Virus record (IMG/VR): IMGVR_UViG_3300031673_000055
Coordinates: 1 to 55,324 of that record
From: a virus
Lineage: Duplodnaviria; Caudoviricetes
Length of the DNA stretch: 55,324 nt
Strand: one strand, 5' to 3'
A program made the translations under genes and the position numbers. The notes beneath the pieces are model-generated. The model was not told the DNA's origin. It worked only from the letters and a program-made list of their open reading frames with translations, and ran no database searches. Of this stretch, positions 29,721-37,844 are shown piece after piece (the first letter of the stretch is position 1; the number at the start of each line of letters is the position of its first letter).

Positions 29721-29775
29721 AATTTAATCCTTATATAATTTATATTAAAAAAAATAGATTATAATAGTAAGCCAA

Positions 29776-30543
29776 TTATAAAGTTATATTTTTATTCAAT
29801 GAAGGGCATGTATTATAAAAATCACACAACTTGCATTTATAAAATGATGGGTTTGTTGATATTCCAACGGGGGGTGATATATAGTTAATTATACGTTGCG
29901 CCTTATCCCTTAAGTGTATAGCAAGCTTAGGATTTTCATTTGTTCTTATTGATTGCAAGCCTCGAGTGCCTGCAAGGGCAACTGTTGTATAATGGCGAGT
30001 TGTTCCGCTATAGTGCATATAAGTTATCCCTTGACAATAGTAATTATAATCCCATTCTTCTAATACGTTTTTTTCAGGTACTTTTTCTTTTAATTTTGTT
30101 AATGCGTCATAATATTTTTGATTTTTTGCTTTATGCTCCCATACATGCATTGTTTTTGGGGCTTGCGGAATACCCAATATTAAACCATCCCAATGACCTT
30201 TATAATTGCCTTCTAAATCAGAAAATCCAAGTTGCTTGCCGTTACTATCGTGCGTTGTAAGTTCAATATTATATGGCGATTGTCTTATTAATGATGCTAC
30301 TAAATCCTCACTTCTATGACCATCATTTGCAGCCATTATAGTTGTGGCAGGCTTTTGTTTTTTAAGTTCAGGTTTTTTATATTGCAGCCATAGTTTTAAT
30401 TCACATTCATCGCCAATTGATGAAGCTCCTATATACCCCCTATACGGCTGTTTTGCGTCCTCAATTTCAATATTTTTATAAATTGATTCAATTAATTTAT
30501 CAGGTTCAGCTTTTTGCATTATTATCATTTTTGCTACTTTCAA
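29776..30543 (-). CDS. Cas4-like PD-(D/E)XK exonuclease
   Basis: GASSIGDEC, GHWDG, WEHKAK, Q..YM and CKLCDFYNTC (1+3 Cys); start uncertain. Confidence 0.85.
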   Translation of the reverse strand: MKVAKMIIMQKAEPDKLIESIYKNIEIEDAKQPYRGYIGASSIGDECELKLWLQYKKPELKKQKPATTIMAANDGHRSEDLVASLIRQSPYNIELTTHDSNGKQLGFSDLEGNYKGHWDGLILGIPQAPKTMHVWEHKAKNQKYYDALTKLKEKVPEKNVLEEWDYNYYCQGITYMHYSGTTRHYTTVALAGTRGLQSIRTNENPKLAIHLRDKAQRIINYISPPVGISTNPSFYKCKLCDFYNTCPSLNKNITL

Positions 30544-30730
30544 TAATTTTTAATATTTCACCATAACCGCCTTGCTTGCCGTTTTTTTCGCATATATTAA
30601 TAATATCATTTATTTTATATTTACCGCCGGCGCGTCTTTTATTTCGACTGTATTCACGGCAACTATCGCACATACTGTATTTTGTATTATGCTCTTCAAA
30701 ACAACCCTTAACGCTGCATATTTTCATCAT
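30506..30730 (-). CDS. Small zinc-finger-like protein
   Basis: CSVKGC...CDSC motif. Confidence 0.55.
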   Translation of the reverse strand: MMKICSVKGCFEEHNTKYSMCDSCREYSRNKRRAGGKYKINDIINICEKNGKQGGYGEILKIIESSKNDNNAKS

Positions 30731-30912
30731 TTTATACTTATTATATATTTATCATCCTCAAACATTTCTGGACGTGGTGTTTTGCCTTTATCTAACCCCT
30801 TTTGGAAATACACCCTTGCAACATTTTCTAAAGTTTCCTCAATGGCGTTTTTAAAAGTTGCACTATCCGCATCTTGTAAGTTAATTAATCGCCTTATTTC
30901 ATTGTCTATCAT
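30727..30912 (-). CDS. Hypothetical protein
   Basis: AAGGA RBS; ATGA coupling downstream. Confidence 0.55.
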   Translation of the reverse strand: MIDNEIRRLINLQDADSATFKNAIEETLENVARVYFQKGLDKGKTPRPEMFEDDKYIISIK

Positions 30913-30922
30913 TTCTTATCCT

Positions 30923-31258
30923 TTATCCTTTATCCTTTATCATTTGTGTGACGGCATGCTTAAATTCTTCCCCATTATTCCAAGTGTAAGTTCTACCATC
31001 GTCTACATCTATAATTCCTGCACCAGTTGGTCTTTCGTATAAATAATAACTTGCAAGCTCGCTAAATCCAGTTAGTGAAAATAAAACATCATCTAAAACA
31101 TCCACAAAAGCTTGCTCTAAATAATTATCCATAGGGTTAATTCTACTGTAAAAATCATTATCGTGTTGGGCTGCTGCAATTTGTTTATTAATGCCATCAT
31201 AAATATTAATCTGCGATTTTATCTTTAGCACTGCGTCTATGTATAAATTGATATTCAT
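30923..31258 (-). CDS. Hypothetical protein
   Basis: Start reassigned to ATG 31258 with AAGGAG RBS; the upstream part of the listed ORF is a hairpin. Confidence 0.6.
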   Translation of the reverse strand: MNINLYIDAVLKIKSQINIYDGINKQIAAAQHDNDFYSRINPMDNYLEQAFVDVLDDVLFSLTGFSELASYYLYERPTGAGIIDVDDGRTYTWNNGEEFKHAVTQMIKDKG

Positions 31259-31277
31259 TTCTATCTCCTTAATTGGC

Positions 31278-31337
31278 GAACAGCGACCCCATAACATGAC
31301 CTCTGGGATAGTGAGCTTTTCCCATGGTGCGCTGTTC
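31278..31337 (-). promoter_or_regulatory. Intergenic structured hairpin upstream of an RBS
   Basis: GAACAGCG/CGCTGTTC 8-bp arms with internal CCAT/ATGG and GGGA/TCCC pairings. Confidence 0.55.
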
Positions 31338-31344
31338 ATAAACT

Positions 31345-31932
31345 TTATTCCTCTTTTTGAAAATCTGCGGCTATGCTCTGTACAATCTCTGGGTTGATAG
31401 CAACCATAGAGTTGTTACTGCCATAAACCTTAGCCCTTATTTTTTCTGGCAGTGGGATTACAGCTTCCACATCTTCAACATATTTACACACATTCAGGAA
31501 TGAGGTGTATTCACGCTCCTTTTTGCGGGTAAATTCTTTTAGTTCGTTAATTTTATCTTCAAGGGTTTCTATCAAATCCTTTAACTCTGGAGTGCCTACA
31601 AATACCTAGCCTATATAACAACCGTTGTTGTATGCGATTTCCATCAAGCCGCAATCTTCTTGATATTCATACGGAACATTAAAACCGAATACACCGCCAC
31701 CCTCTGGAAGGGAAAATTTAAGGCAGTAATCGTACCTTACACATTCATACTTGCGTAGGATTTCCATGTCACTCGCTGGAAATTCCTTAATTAAAATCTC
31801 ATTAGAAGCCCCACAAACAGCTTTTATAGCAGAAAGCACATCGTTTTTTTCTGTGGAATTGTTTATTTTTTCTTGTTTCATCCACTTTAGGATACACTCA
31901 CGGGTGCTTTGCTTTAATCTGGTTTTAGCCAT
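31345..31932 (-). pseudogene. Single 195-codon gene interrupted by one in-frame TAG (read-through or nonsense allele); loosely Nmad5-like
   Basis: ORFs 31606..31932 and 31345..31575 are in the same frame: ...GCYIG*VFVGTPELKDLIETL...; the second part has no well-spaced RBS. Confidence 0.75.
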
Positions 31933-31978
31933 GTTAGCTCCTTTCTGTTAAATAATAATCGTTCGGGTATTAAAGATT

Positions 31979-32280
31979 AAAAAAGTACAGGCAGGGGCGT
32001 TACTCCCTCGCTAGCTTTCCCCAACTATGACGTGTGCGCGTTGCTTAAAACCGATTTAGCTGACTTCCTCCTTTGAAGAAATTGCCCTTACGGTTACGTC
32101 CCGGAACTATCCGACTTGCCTGTACTCCAATGCGATTGCTGATTAGGCGCGGGAATCACCCCATCGCATCTAACCCTTTCGGGTATTTACGCCGCTCATT
32201 GACCCTAGTGGAGCGGCACACCGTATAGGTACTAACTAGCTTTCCCTACATACCAATTTTGAGCATTGTTAAGATGCTTT
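31979..32280 (-). ncRNA. Structured non-coding RNA/leader containing a tRNA-like cloverleaf (31984-32126)
   Basis: GC-rich, no ORF, multiple stems; AGTACAGGCA/TGCCTGTACT closing helix and a T-arm-like GAGGG-AGTAACG-CCCCT. Confidence 0.65.
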
Positions 32281-32299
32281 GGTGGTCTATCTTTTTAAC

Positions 32300-32881
32300 T
32301 TATCTAGCCCATGAGGGGCTTGCATTTTGCTGCTGTCCTGCATTATTATATTGCTGTTGTTGTGCAGGAGCTTGATTATATTGCCCTTGTGCAACTGCAT
32401 TATTTACAGGTTGATTATTATTATTACTAATTGGCTTTAATCCTTTAAAACGAACATTTTTCCTTGGATTGCCGTTATCATCCAATATAAAATCTCCTGT
32501 TTGCTTATTAATTTGATTCGCAACAATAAATAATCCTTCAAACGGTTTAAAATACATTTTTTCATTAAATTCAAAACGTTTATTAGCTTGATTTACTTCA
32601 GTTATAACTGACGCAATGTCTATAATTGCCTCAATCGCTATACGCCTAGCAGTATCATTGCTACTGCCAGTTAAGTAATGAATTTGCACTTTTTGGCCTT
32701 TTAAAGTGCCATCTAAACATTCAAAAGTAATAATAAATTTAGGCTCTTTATTATTAGTTTCCCCTGGTTCAGCATTACAAACATGATAAATTCCAGGGTA
32801 ATTTCCAACTTCTGGAATTGGTATCCCTGATGAATTTGGAGTGTAATTTGTAAATTCCGAACCTGTAGCATCTATATACAT
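32300..32881 (-). CDS. Putative ssDNA-binding protein (DUF669-like)
   Basis: Downstream of the AAA_24 gene; Q/N-rich linker and PSWAR tail. Confidence 0.7.
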   Translation of the reverse strand: MYIDATGSEFTNYTPNSSGIPIPEVGNYPGIYHVCNAEPGETNNKEPKFIITFECLDGTLKGQKVQIHYLTGSSNDTARRIAIEAIIDIASVITEVNQANKRFEFNEKMYFKPFEGLFIVANQINKQTGDFILDDNGNPRKNVRFKGLKPISNNNNQPVNNAVAQGQYNQAPAQQQQYNNAGQQQNASPSWAR

Positions 32882-32919
32882 AGTAATTTCCTTTGTTAAA
32901 TTTTAAAAATAGTTAATAA

Positions 32920-33684
32920 TTAATTAGTGGGATGGGAAGTTCCAATTACTTTTACAAAATCATTCCAGCCGTTAGAATATGTTATATTAATTTCCTCTGG
33001 CAAATGTAAATTGTTTTTTGCATTTATACCTTTTGCGCGCCTTGTTATTAAATATCTTTCCTCAGTTGGAATAACGCGCCCCTTTTGGTCTAAATGTTCT
33101 TTTTTCTGCAAATAAACTTTAGCTTCAACTAAATCAGATATTTTAGCACCTAATTTATCATGAACTCTTAAATCTTGCATAATATATTCATCCTTATCAG
33201 CCTCTTTCTGCTTAGTTGGCAAACATTGCGCCCCTATAACAATAGGCATGTTATGCTTTTTTCGTATTGCGTCAAGTAAAGGATATACATCGCTTAAAAA
33301 CATATTAGCTGCTAAATCGTAACCCTTATTAAAGTTCAGGGCTTTGCAATGATCATCATTAATAACTTTAACTTTGAAAGTTTCGCAAATTTTATCATGT
33401 ATGCAACGTTCAATCCAATCAAGCGTATCAATCGCAATTAAACCGTATTCTAATTTATCTTGATTTAATAAATATTGTAAAGCTTCTATAAATTCATCTA
33501 AATTTTCAGGGCGATAAACTGAAGCTTGCTTTTCGCTTTTGAACTTTTTTTCAGCGTCTATAACAAAAGGGTTTTTTGCGCTTGCTATAAAACTTGATTT
33601 CCCGTGGCCGTTAGGGGCAAAAACCATAACTAAAGGGGCTTCTTCGGGCGGGGTGGTCATTATATTATTTGGTGAAAATACCAT
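32920..33684 (-). CDS. AAA_24/Sak4-like ATPase (recombination)
   Basis: APNGHGKSS, IDAE, IDTLDWIE, KGY and AKN motifs. Confidence 0.85.
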   Translation of the reverse strand: MVFSPNNIMTTPPEEAPLVMVFAPNGHGKSSFIASAKNPFVIDAEKKFKSEKQASVYRPENLDEFIEALQYLLNQDKLEYGLIAIDTLDWIERCIHDKICETFKVKVINDDHCKALNFNKGYDLAANMFLSDVYPLLDAIRKKHNMPIVIGAQCLPTKQKEADKDEYIMQDLRVHDKLGAKISDLVEAKVYLQKKEHLDQKGRVIPTEERYLITRRAKGINAKNNLHLPEEINITYSNGWNDFVKVIGTSHPTN

Positions 33685-33780
33685 TTTTAAAACTCCTTAA
33701 AATTAACTTCAAAACACTAAACACTAACAATTTATAATATATTTTATTATACCTGTCTATAACTATTTTATAATTTTTTA

Positions 33781-34188
33781 TTATTTTTTTACTATTGAAA
33801 AACTTGGTTTTTTAGGCTTAATTGTCAAAGCCTCCGCAAATGTATTATTAAAAATTTCAGGCATCGTTTCTTTTAATAATGCCATTTTTTTACTATCTGG
33901 CTTCCATTCTTTTTTAAATGGAAAAAACGGCAAATTTAACTCATTGCTATTAAATTTATCATGCAAATCATTTACGCAATCATTATCAAATTTTTCATCA
34001 ATTCCAGTGGTTATCTTTAATCCAAGGGGTAAATTATTAGTGCCTTTTTCTTTTAAATCATTACTAACTATTTTTAATAATTCACGCTCAACTTGCAACC
34101 GTGAATTATTAGCCATAGTTTCTATTTCCTTATACTCATTCCATTTTTTTACAAGTTTTATGTAATCTTTGTTAGTTTCGTAATTCAT
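33781..34188 (-). CDS. Hypothetical protein of the recombination module
   Basis: W...K..E......R motif and C-terminal KPKKPSFSI, typical of genes preceding AAA_24. Confidence 0.6.
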   Translation of the reverse strand: MNYETNKDYIKLVKKWNEYKEIETMANNSRLQVERELLKIVSNDLKEKGTNNLPLGLKITTGIDEKFDNDCVNDLHDKFNSNELNLPFFPFKKEWKPDSKKMALLKETMPEIFNNTFAEALTIKPKKPSFSIVKK

Positions 34189-34210
34189 GTTATTTATTCC
34201 TTATTATTTA

Positions 34211-34432
34211 TTAATTTAAATTAGGTAAATAGAATTTGCCGTCTATTTTTAATGGTGATTGTGCATAAGAATTGTTTATCACCTCATACAATTCAGGATA
34301 ATCATTTTCATTAACTAATTGACCATTTGTGATTAATAATGAATCATTGTTTGTTGAATATGATTTTATAATTGTACCAACAGGGTAATAATCATTTGGT
34401 TTAGCAACTATAAAATATTGAAGTTTAGCCAT
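34211..34432 (-). CDS. Stand-alone phage tail collar domain protein
   Basis: PVGTII...LLITNGQLV....YPELYEVI...Y....FYLPNL matches the collar consensus and the fibre's own collar. Confidence 0.75.
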   Translation of the reverse strand: MAKLQYFIVAKPNDYYPVGTIIKSYSTNNDSLLITNGQLVNENDYPELYEVINNSYAQSPLKIDGKFYLPNLN

Positions 34433-34433
34433 A

Positions 34434-34676
34434 TTAAAACCCTTCATTTGTTAAATTACTATTTAAAGCCGCTATATTTTGCTCAATCATAAATAAATTA
34501 TTCATTCTATTAAATATATCCTTACGCGCATTAATTTTTTCATTTTCAGTTTCAGCTTTTACAAGCCGCTTTTGTGCCTGATTTAATAAATCCTTTGCAT
34601 CAGCGCGCTGAATAATCATCATAGCTTGCGGAGTATAATATTTAATTGGTATAATTTTTGCAGCTAATCTATCCAT
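34434..34676 (-). CDS. Hypothetical protein
   Basis: CAGGAG RBS and promoter upstream. Confidence 0.6.
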   Translation of the reverse strand: MDRLAAKIIPIKYYTPQAMMIIQRADAKDLLNQAQKRLVKAETENEKINARKDIFNRMNNLFMIEQNIAALNSNLTNEGF

Positions 34677-34738
34677 TTTTTATTCTCCTGTTAGTAGATT
34701 TATAATAGCTTCTAATATAAACAAGTCAACAACTTTAT

Positions 34739-35212
34739 TTAATTAAATTTAGGAGGCGTTTTATCAAGCTTCCATCTGGCTTTTAAATATTGTTTGTAAG
34801 CTTCATGCACATTATTAATATGTTTAAAATCTAAACCTAAAGATTTATTTGCAGCACAATTAACAAATGGCGTTTGTTCTATTTTTTCAACATCAAGTAA
34901 AGGCAAATCACTTGCTATTAAAGTGCAAGCATGAACTTTACCAAATCTAATTTTATATTCCCCACAAAGTTCCATTGCGTGAATATTAAGCCAAAAGAAA
35001 TTTTCTTGTGACTCCCCCGCCCATTTAACGCATGGGTGATTTTTATGAGTTGATTTATAAGGTGTTATTTTTTCACCTGCATTTTCATTTATAACAGTAC
35101 ATAATATTTGTGTAGTTTCTAAACACATTTTAACAAGACGTTTATTATCAAGAAATTTTGCACTTTCTTTAGGGCAAGGTGACGTTGCAAATATATTCAT
35201 TTTATTATTCAT
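34739..35212 (-). CDS. Pyrimidine-dimer DNA glycosylase/endonuclease V-like protein
   Basis: MNIF...SA..LD.KRLVKM.LE..Q.L, YKSTHKNHPCVKW and EY..RFGK.H motifs. Confidence 0.85.
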   Translation of the reverse strand: MNNKMNIFATSPCPKESAKFLDNKRLVKMCLETTQILCTVINENAGEKITPYKSTHKNHPCVKWAGESQENFFWLNIHAMELCGEYKIRFGKVHACTLIASDLPLLDVEKIEQTPFVNCAANKSLGLDFKHINNVHEAYKQYLKARWKLDKTPPKFN

Positions 35213-35446
35213 TTAATTAAACAAAGAGTTATCAATCCAAATTTGGTCAAGTTTTTTTAAAATTCTTTTTAAAGCTTTTAATTTATTTTTATGTTTACAA
35301 GCCCTAATAGCATTAGGAAAATAACCTTCCGGGCAAATTACTAAAAAATAAATGTCATTTTCTTCTAAAGAAAAACAACAAGGGTGACTTTGAATTTTTA
35401 TTTTTATTTCATTTATATTTTCTATGTTATTCTGAACGCTTAACAT
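35213..35446 (-). CDS. Hypothetical protein, first gene of the leftward early operon
   Basis: AAGGA RBS; TTGACA promoter upstream. Confidence 0.55.
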   Translation of the reverse strand: MLSVQNNIENINEIKIKIQSHPCCFSLEENDIYFLVICPEGYFPNAIRACKHKNKLKALKRILKKLDQIWIDNSLFN

Positions 35447-35482
35447 TATGTATTCCTTATTAATTATCGTTTTGATAATTAA

Positions 35483-35537
35483 TTTATAATAGAAGTTGTT
35501 ATATATGTCAATAATAAAATATAATAGAAGTTATTAT
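35483..35537. promoter_or_regulatory. Divergent early control region with two operator copies
   Basis: Minus strand TTGACA-N17-TATAAA; operators at 35486-35502 and 35521-35537. Confidence 0.75.
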
Positions 35538-35603
35538 TTTTTTGCTTTACTTTTAAGCTTTATTTTGCATATATATGTATATTGTTAATTATATGGGTTT
35601 TAT

Positions 35604-37844
35604 ATGTCTAAAATTTTTGAAAATAATGCGTTAAAATACTATGAAATGGGATATAACGTATTGCCAGTTGAGCCAAATTCTAAAGCCGTTCTAATGGAAA
35701 GTTGGCAAAATTACTGCGAAAAAAAACAAATGGGATGGCAGGTTGAAAGCTGGTTATCATCTTTTGCAAATCATAATATTGGCATTCCTTTAGGTGCTGC
35801 AAGTGATATTATTGCGCTTGATTTTGATATAGATATAAATAACTTGCATGAAAAAGTTCAAGAATTACTCGAAGGCTCTTTAGTTAAGAAAAAAGGGCAA
35901 AAAGGTTTTACGGCATTTTATAAATATAACGGTGAAATAACAAAAAGATGGCGTTATGAAAATAAGTGCGTTGTTGAGTTATTATCAAGCGGCACTTATA
36001 CCGTCATGCCGCCTTCAATCCACCCTGATACAAAGCAACCTTATGTATGGGTTACACCTGATACGTTGCTTGATTTAAATTCAAGTGAATTAACAATATT
36101 ACCTGTTGATTTTATTAAAAATGTTGATGAATTATTTGGTTATAAAGAAAAAATAATTAATTTTAATGATAAATACGATGGCGAATTACCCGAATTATCA
36201 GAAATAGAAAAAGCATTATCTTTTATACCGTCAATGGATTATGCGACATGGATAACTATTGGAATGGCATTGCAGCACAATTATGGCGATGCGGCCTATA
36301 ATGCGTGGGATGCGTGGTCAAGGAAAGCCCCCAATTATACTGAAAAAGGGATGCAGTATAAATGGAATAGTTTCGGTAAATATTCCGGCAATCCTGTTAG
36401 TATAGGGACTATATATCATAGCGCGGTTGGTTATGGCTATATTATCAAACATGAGCCTGAATTTATTATACCAGCTGATTTTAAATTAATTGCTAACGGC
36501 ATAGATTTAATGACCGGCAAAAAAGAAATTGTTGATAAAATATTAATTTCGGAAAATGATGATATTAACGAATTGGAGTTTCCTAAACATTTATTAGATA
36601 ATGCGCCAGGGTTGCCAGGGGAAATAGCAGCTTGGATAAATAGCACGTCAAGGCAAAGGCAACCTATATTAGCACTTGGCGCAGCAATATGCGCTTCAGG
36701 TACTATAATGGCGCATAGGGTTAAATCAGATAGTAACTTAAGAACTAACTTTATGGCACTTGGCCTTGCCGAATCATCAACAGGTAAAAACCATGCGCGA
36801 AATTGCATAAAGAGTTTGTTTTTTAATGCTAATCTTGAAAATTTAACCATAGGGAAGGCGGCAAGTGATACTGGCTTAATAAATAGGTTATATGATAATA
36901 ACAGCGTAGGCATTGCCCTTATGGATGAGATAGGGCGTGAGATGCAAAGCTTAACGTCAAAAGGGGCAGGAAGCCATGAAAGCAGGTTATTAACACTCCT
37001 TATGGAGATTTATAGCGAAGCGGGTACTTATTACGATGGTAAATGTTACGCAAATGCAGAAAATAGTAAAAAACTTATACAGCCATTATTAAATATTTAC
37101 GCAACATCCGTGCCTAAAAGATTTTTTGATAGTATGACTTCAGATGAGGCGATAGATGGCTTTTTAGCAAGATGGCTTATATTTCAAAGTCATGATATTG
37201 ACCCGCCATTACAGGAACATGCTAATATTGATAATATACCTAAAGATTTAATGGATAATGTAATGTATATCCGCAATATGCCTATTTACGCGCCCGTAAA
37301 TCATACGGCAGGGAATAATTTTGCAGTTCAAACACCAATACCACAACCAAAGGTAATTCATTATACGGGCGGTGCAGAAGATATATTGCGTGAATTTTCC
37401 GAGGCTTGTAATAAAAAAAGAATAGCGGAAATAAAAAGAGGCGGCTTATTAGCTCCTATATGGGGGCGTAGTCGGGAACATGCTATAAAGCTTGCATTGG
37501 TAGCGCATCCTTATCGCTATAGCGTTATAGATAGCGTAACGATGCAATGGGCTTGTGAAGTCGCTATGCACTTATCACATGTAGCTATAAAAGCCATTGG
37601 TGATAATGTCGCCGATACCGAACATGAAAAATTATTAAATAAAGTTCGTAATGTTATAAAAAGATGGTGCGATAGAAATAAAGGGCAATATTTAAATCAT
37701 CATCAATTATGCAATTTGGTAAGGTTTATCAAAGGGCGTGAACGCAACGAAATCTTGCAACAATTGTATGAAAGTGGTATGATTGACGTAAAGGAAGTTA
37801 AAAATCCTAACGGAAAAATTTCCAATAGTTATAAGTCGCTGTAA
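35604..37844 (+). CDS. Bifunctional primase-polymerase with PriCT_2 and DUF3987-like P-loop domain
   Basis: NIGI..G, ALDFD, PPSIHPDT; YATWITIGMAL..WDAWS; AESSTGKN, DEIG and DGFLARWL motifs. Confidence 0.9.
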   Translation: MSKIFENNALKYYEMGYNVLPVEPNSKAVLMESWQNYCEKKQMGWQVESWLSSFANHNIGIPLGAASDIIALDFDIDINNLHEKVQELLEGSLVKKKGQKGFTAFYKYNGEITKRWRYENKCVVELLSSGTYTVMPPSIHPDTKQPYVWVTPDTLLDLNSSELTILPVDFIKNVDELFGYKEKIINFNDKYDGELPELSEIEKALSFIPSMDYATWITIGMALQHNYGDAAYNAWDAWSRKAPNYTEKGMQYKWNSFGKYSGNPVSIGTIYHSAVGYGYIIKHEPEFIIPADFKLIANGIDLMTGKKEIVDKILISENDDINELEFPKHLLDNAPGLPGEIAAWINSTSRQRQPILALGAAICASGTIMAHRVKSDSNLRTNFMALGLAESSTGKNHARNCIKSLFFNANLENLTIGKAASDTGLINRLYDNNSVGIALMDEIGREMQSLTSKGAGSHESRLLTLLMEIYSEAGTYYDGKCYANAENSKKLIQPLLNIYATSVPKRFFDSMTSDEAIDGFLARWLIFQSHDIDPPLQEHANIDNIPKDLMDNVMYIRNMPIYAPVNHTAGNNFAVQTPIPQPKVIHYTGGAEDILREFSEACNKKRIAEIKRGGLLAPIWGRSREHAIKLALVAHPYRYSVIDSVTMQWACEVAMHLSHVAIKAIGDNVADTEHEKLLNKVRNVIKRWCDRNKGQYLNHHQLCNLVRFIKGRERNEILQQLYESGMIDVKEVKNPNGKISNSYKSL

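Noticed and set aside
29776-30543. CRISPR-Cas system suggested by the Cas4-like gene
   Set aside because: No repeat-spacer array or other cas genes; stand-alone Cas4-like nucleases are common in phage recombination modules.
31979-32280. Canonical tRNA, tmRNA, group I intron or hammerhead ribozyme
   Set aside because: No TTCGA T-loop or CCA, too short and no tag ORF for tmRNA, and no recognisable group I core or CUGANGA/GAAA core by eye.
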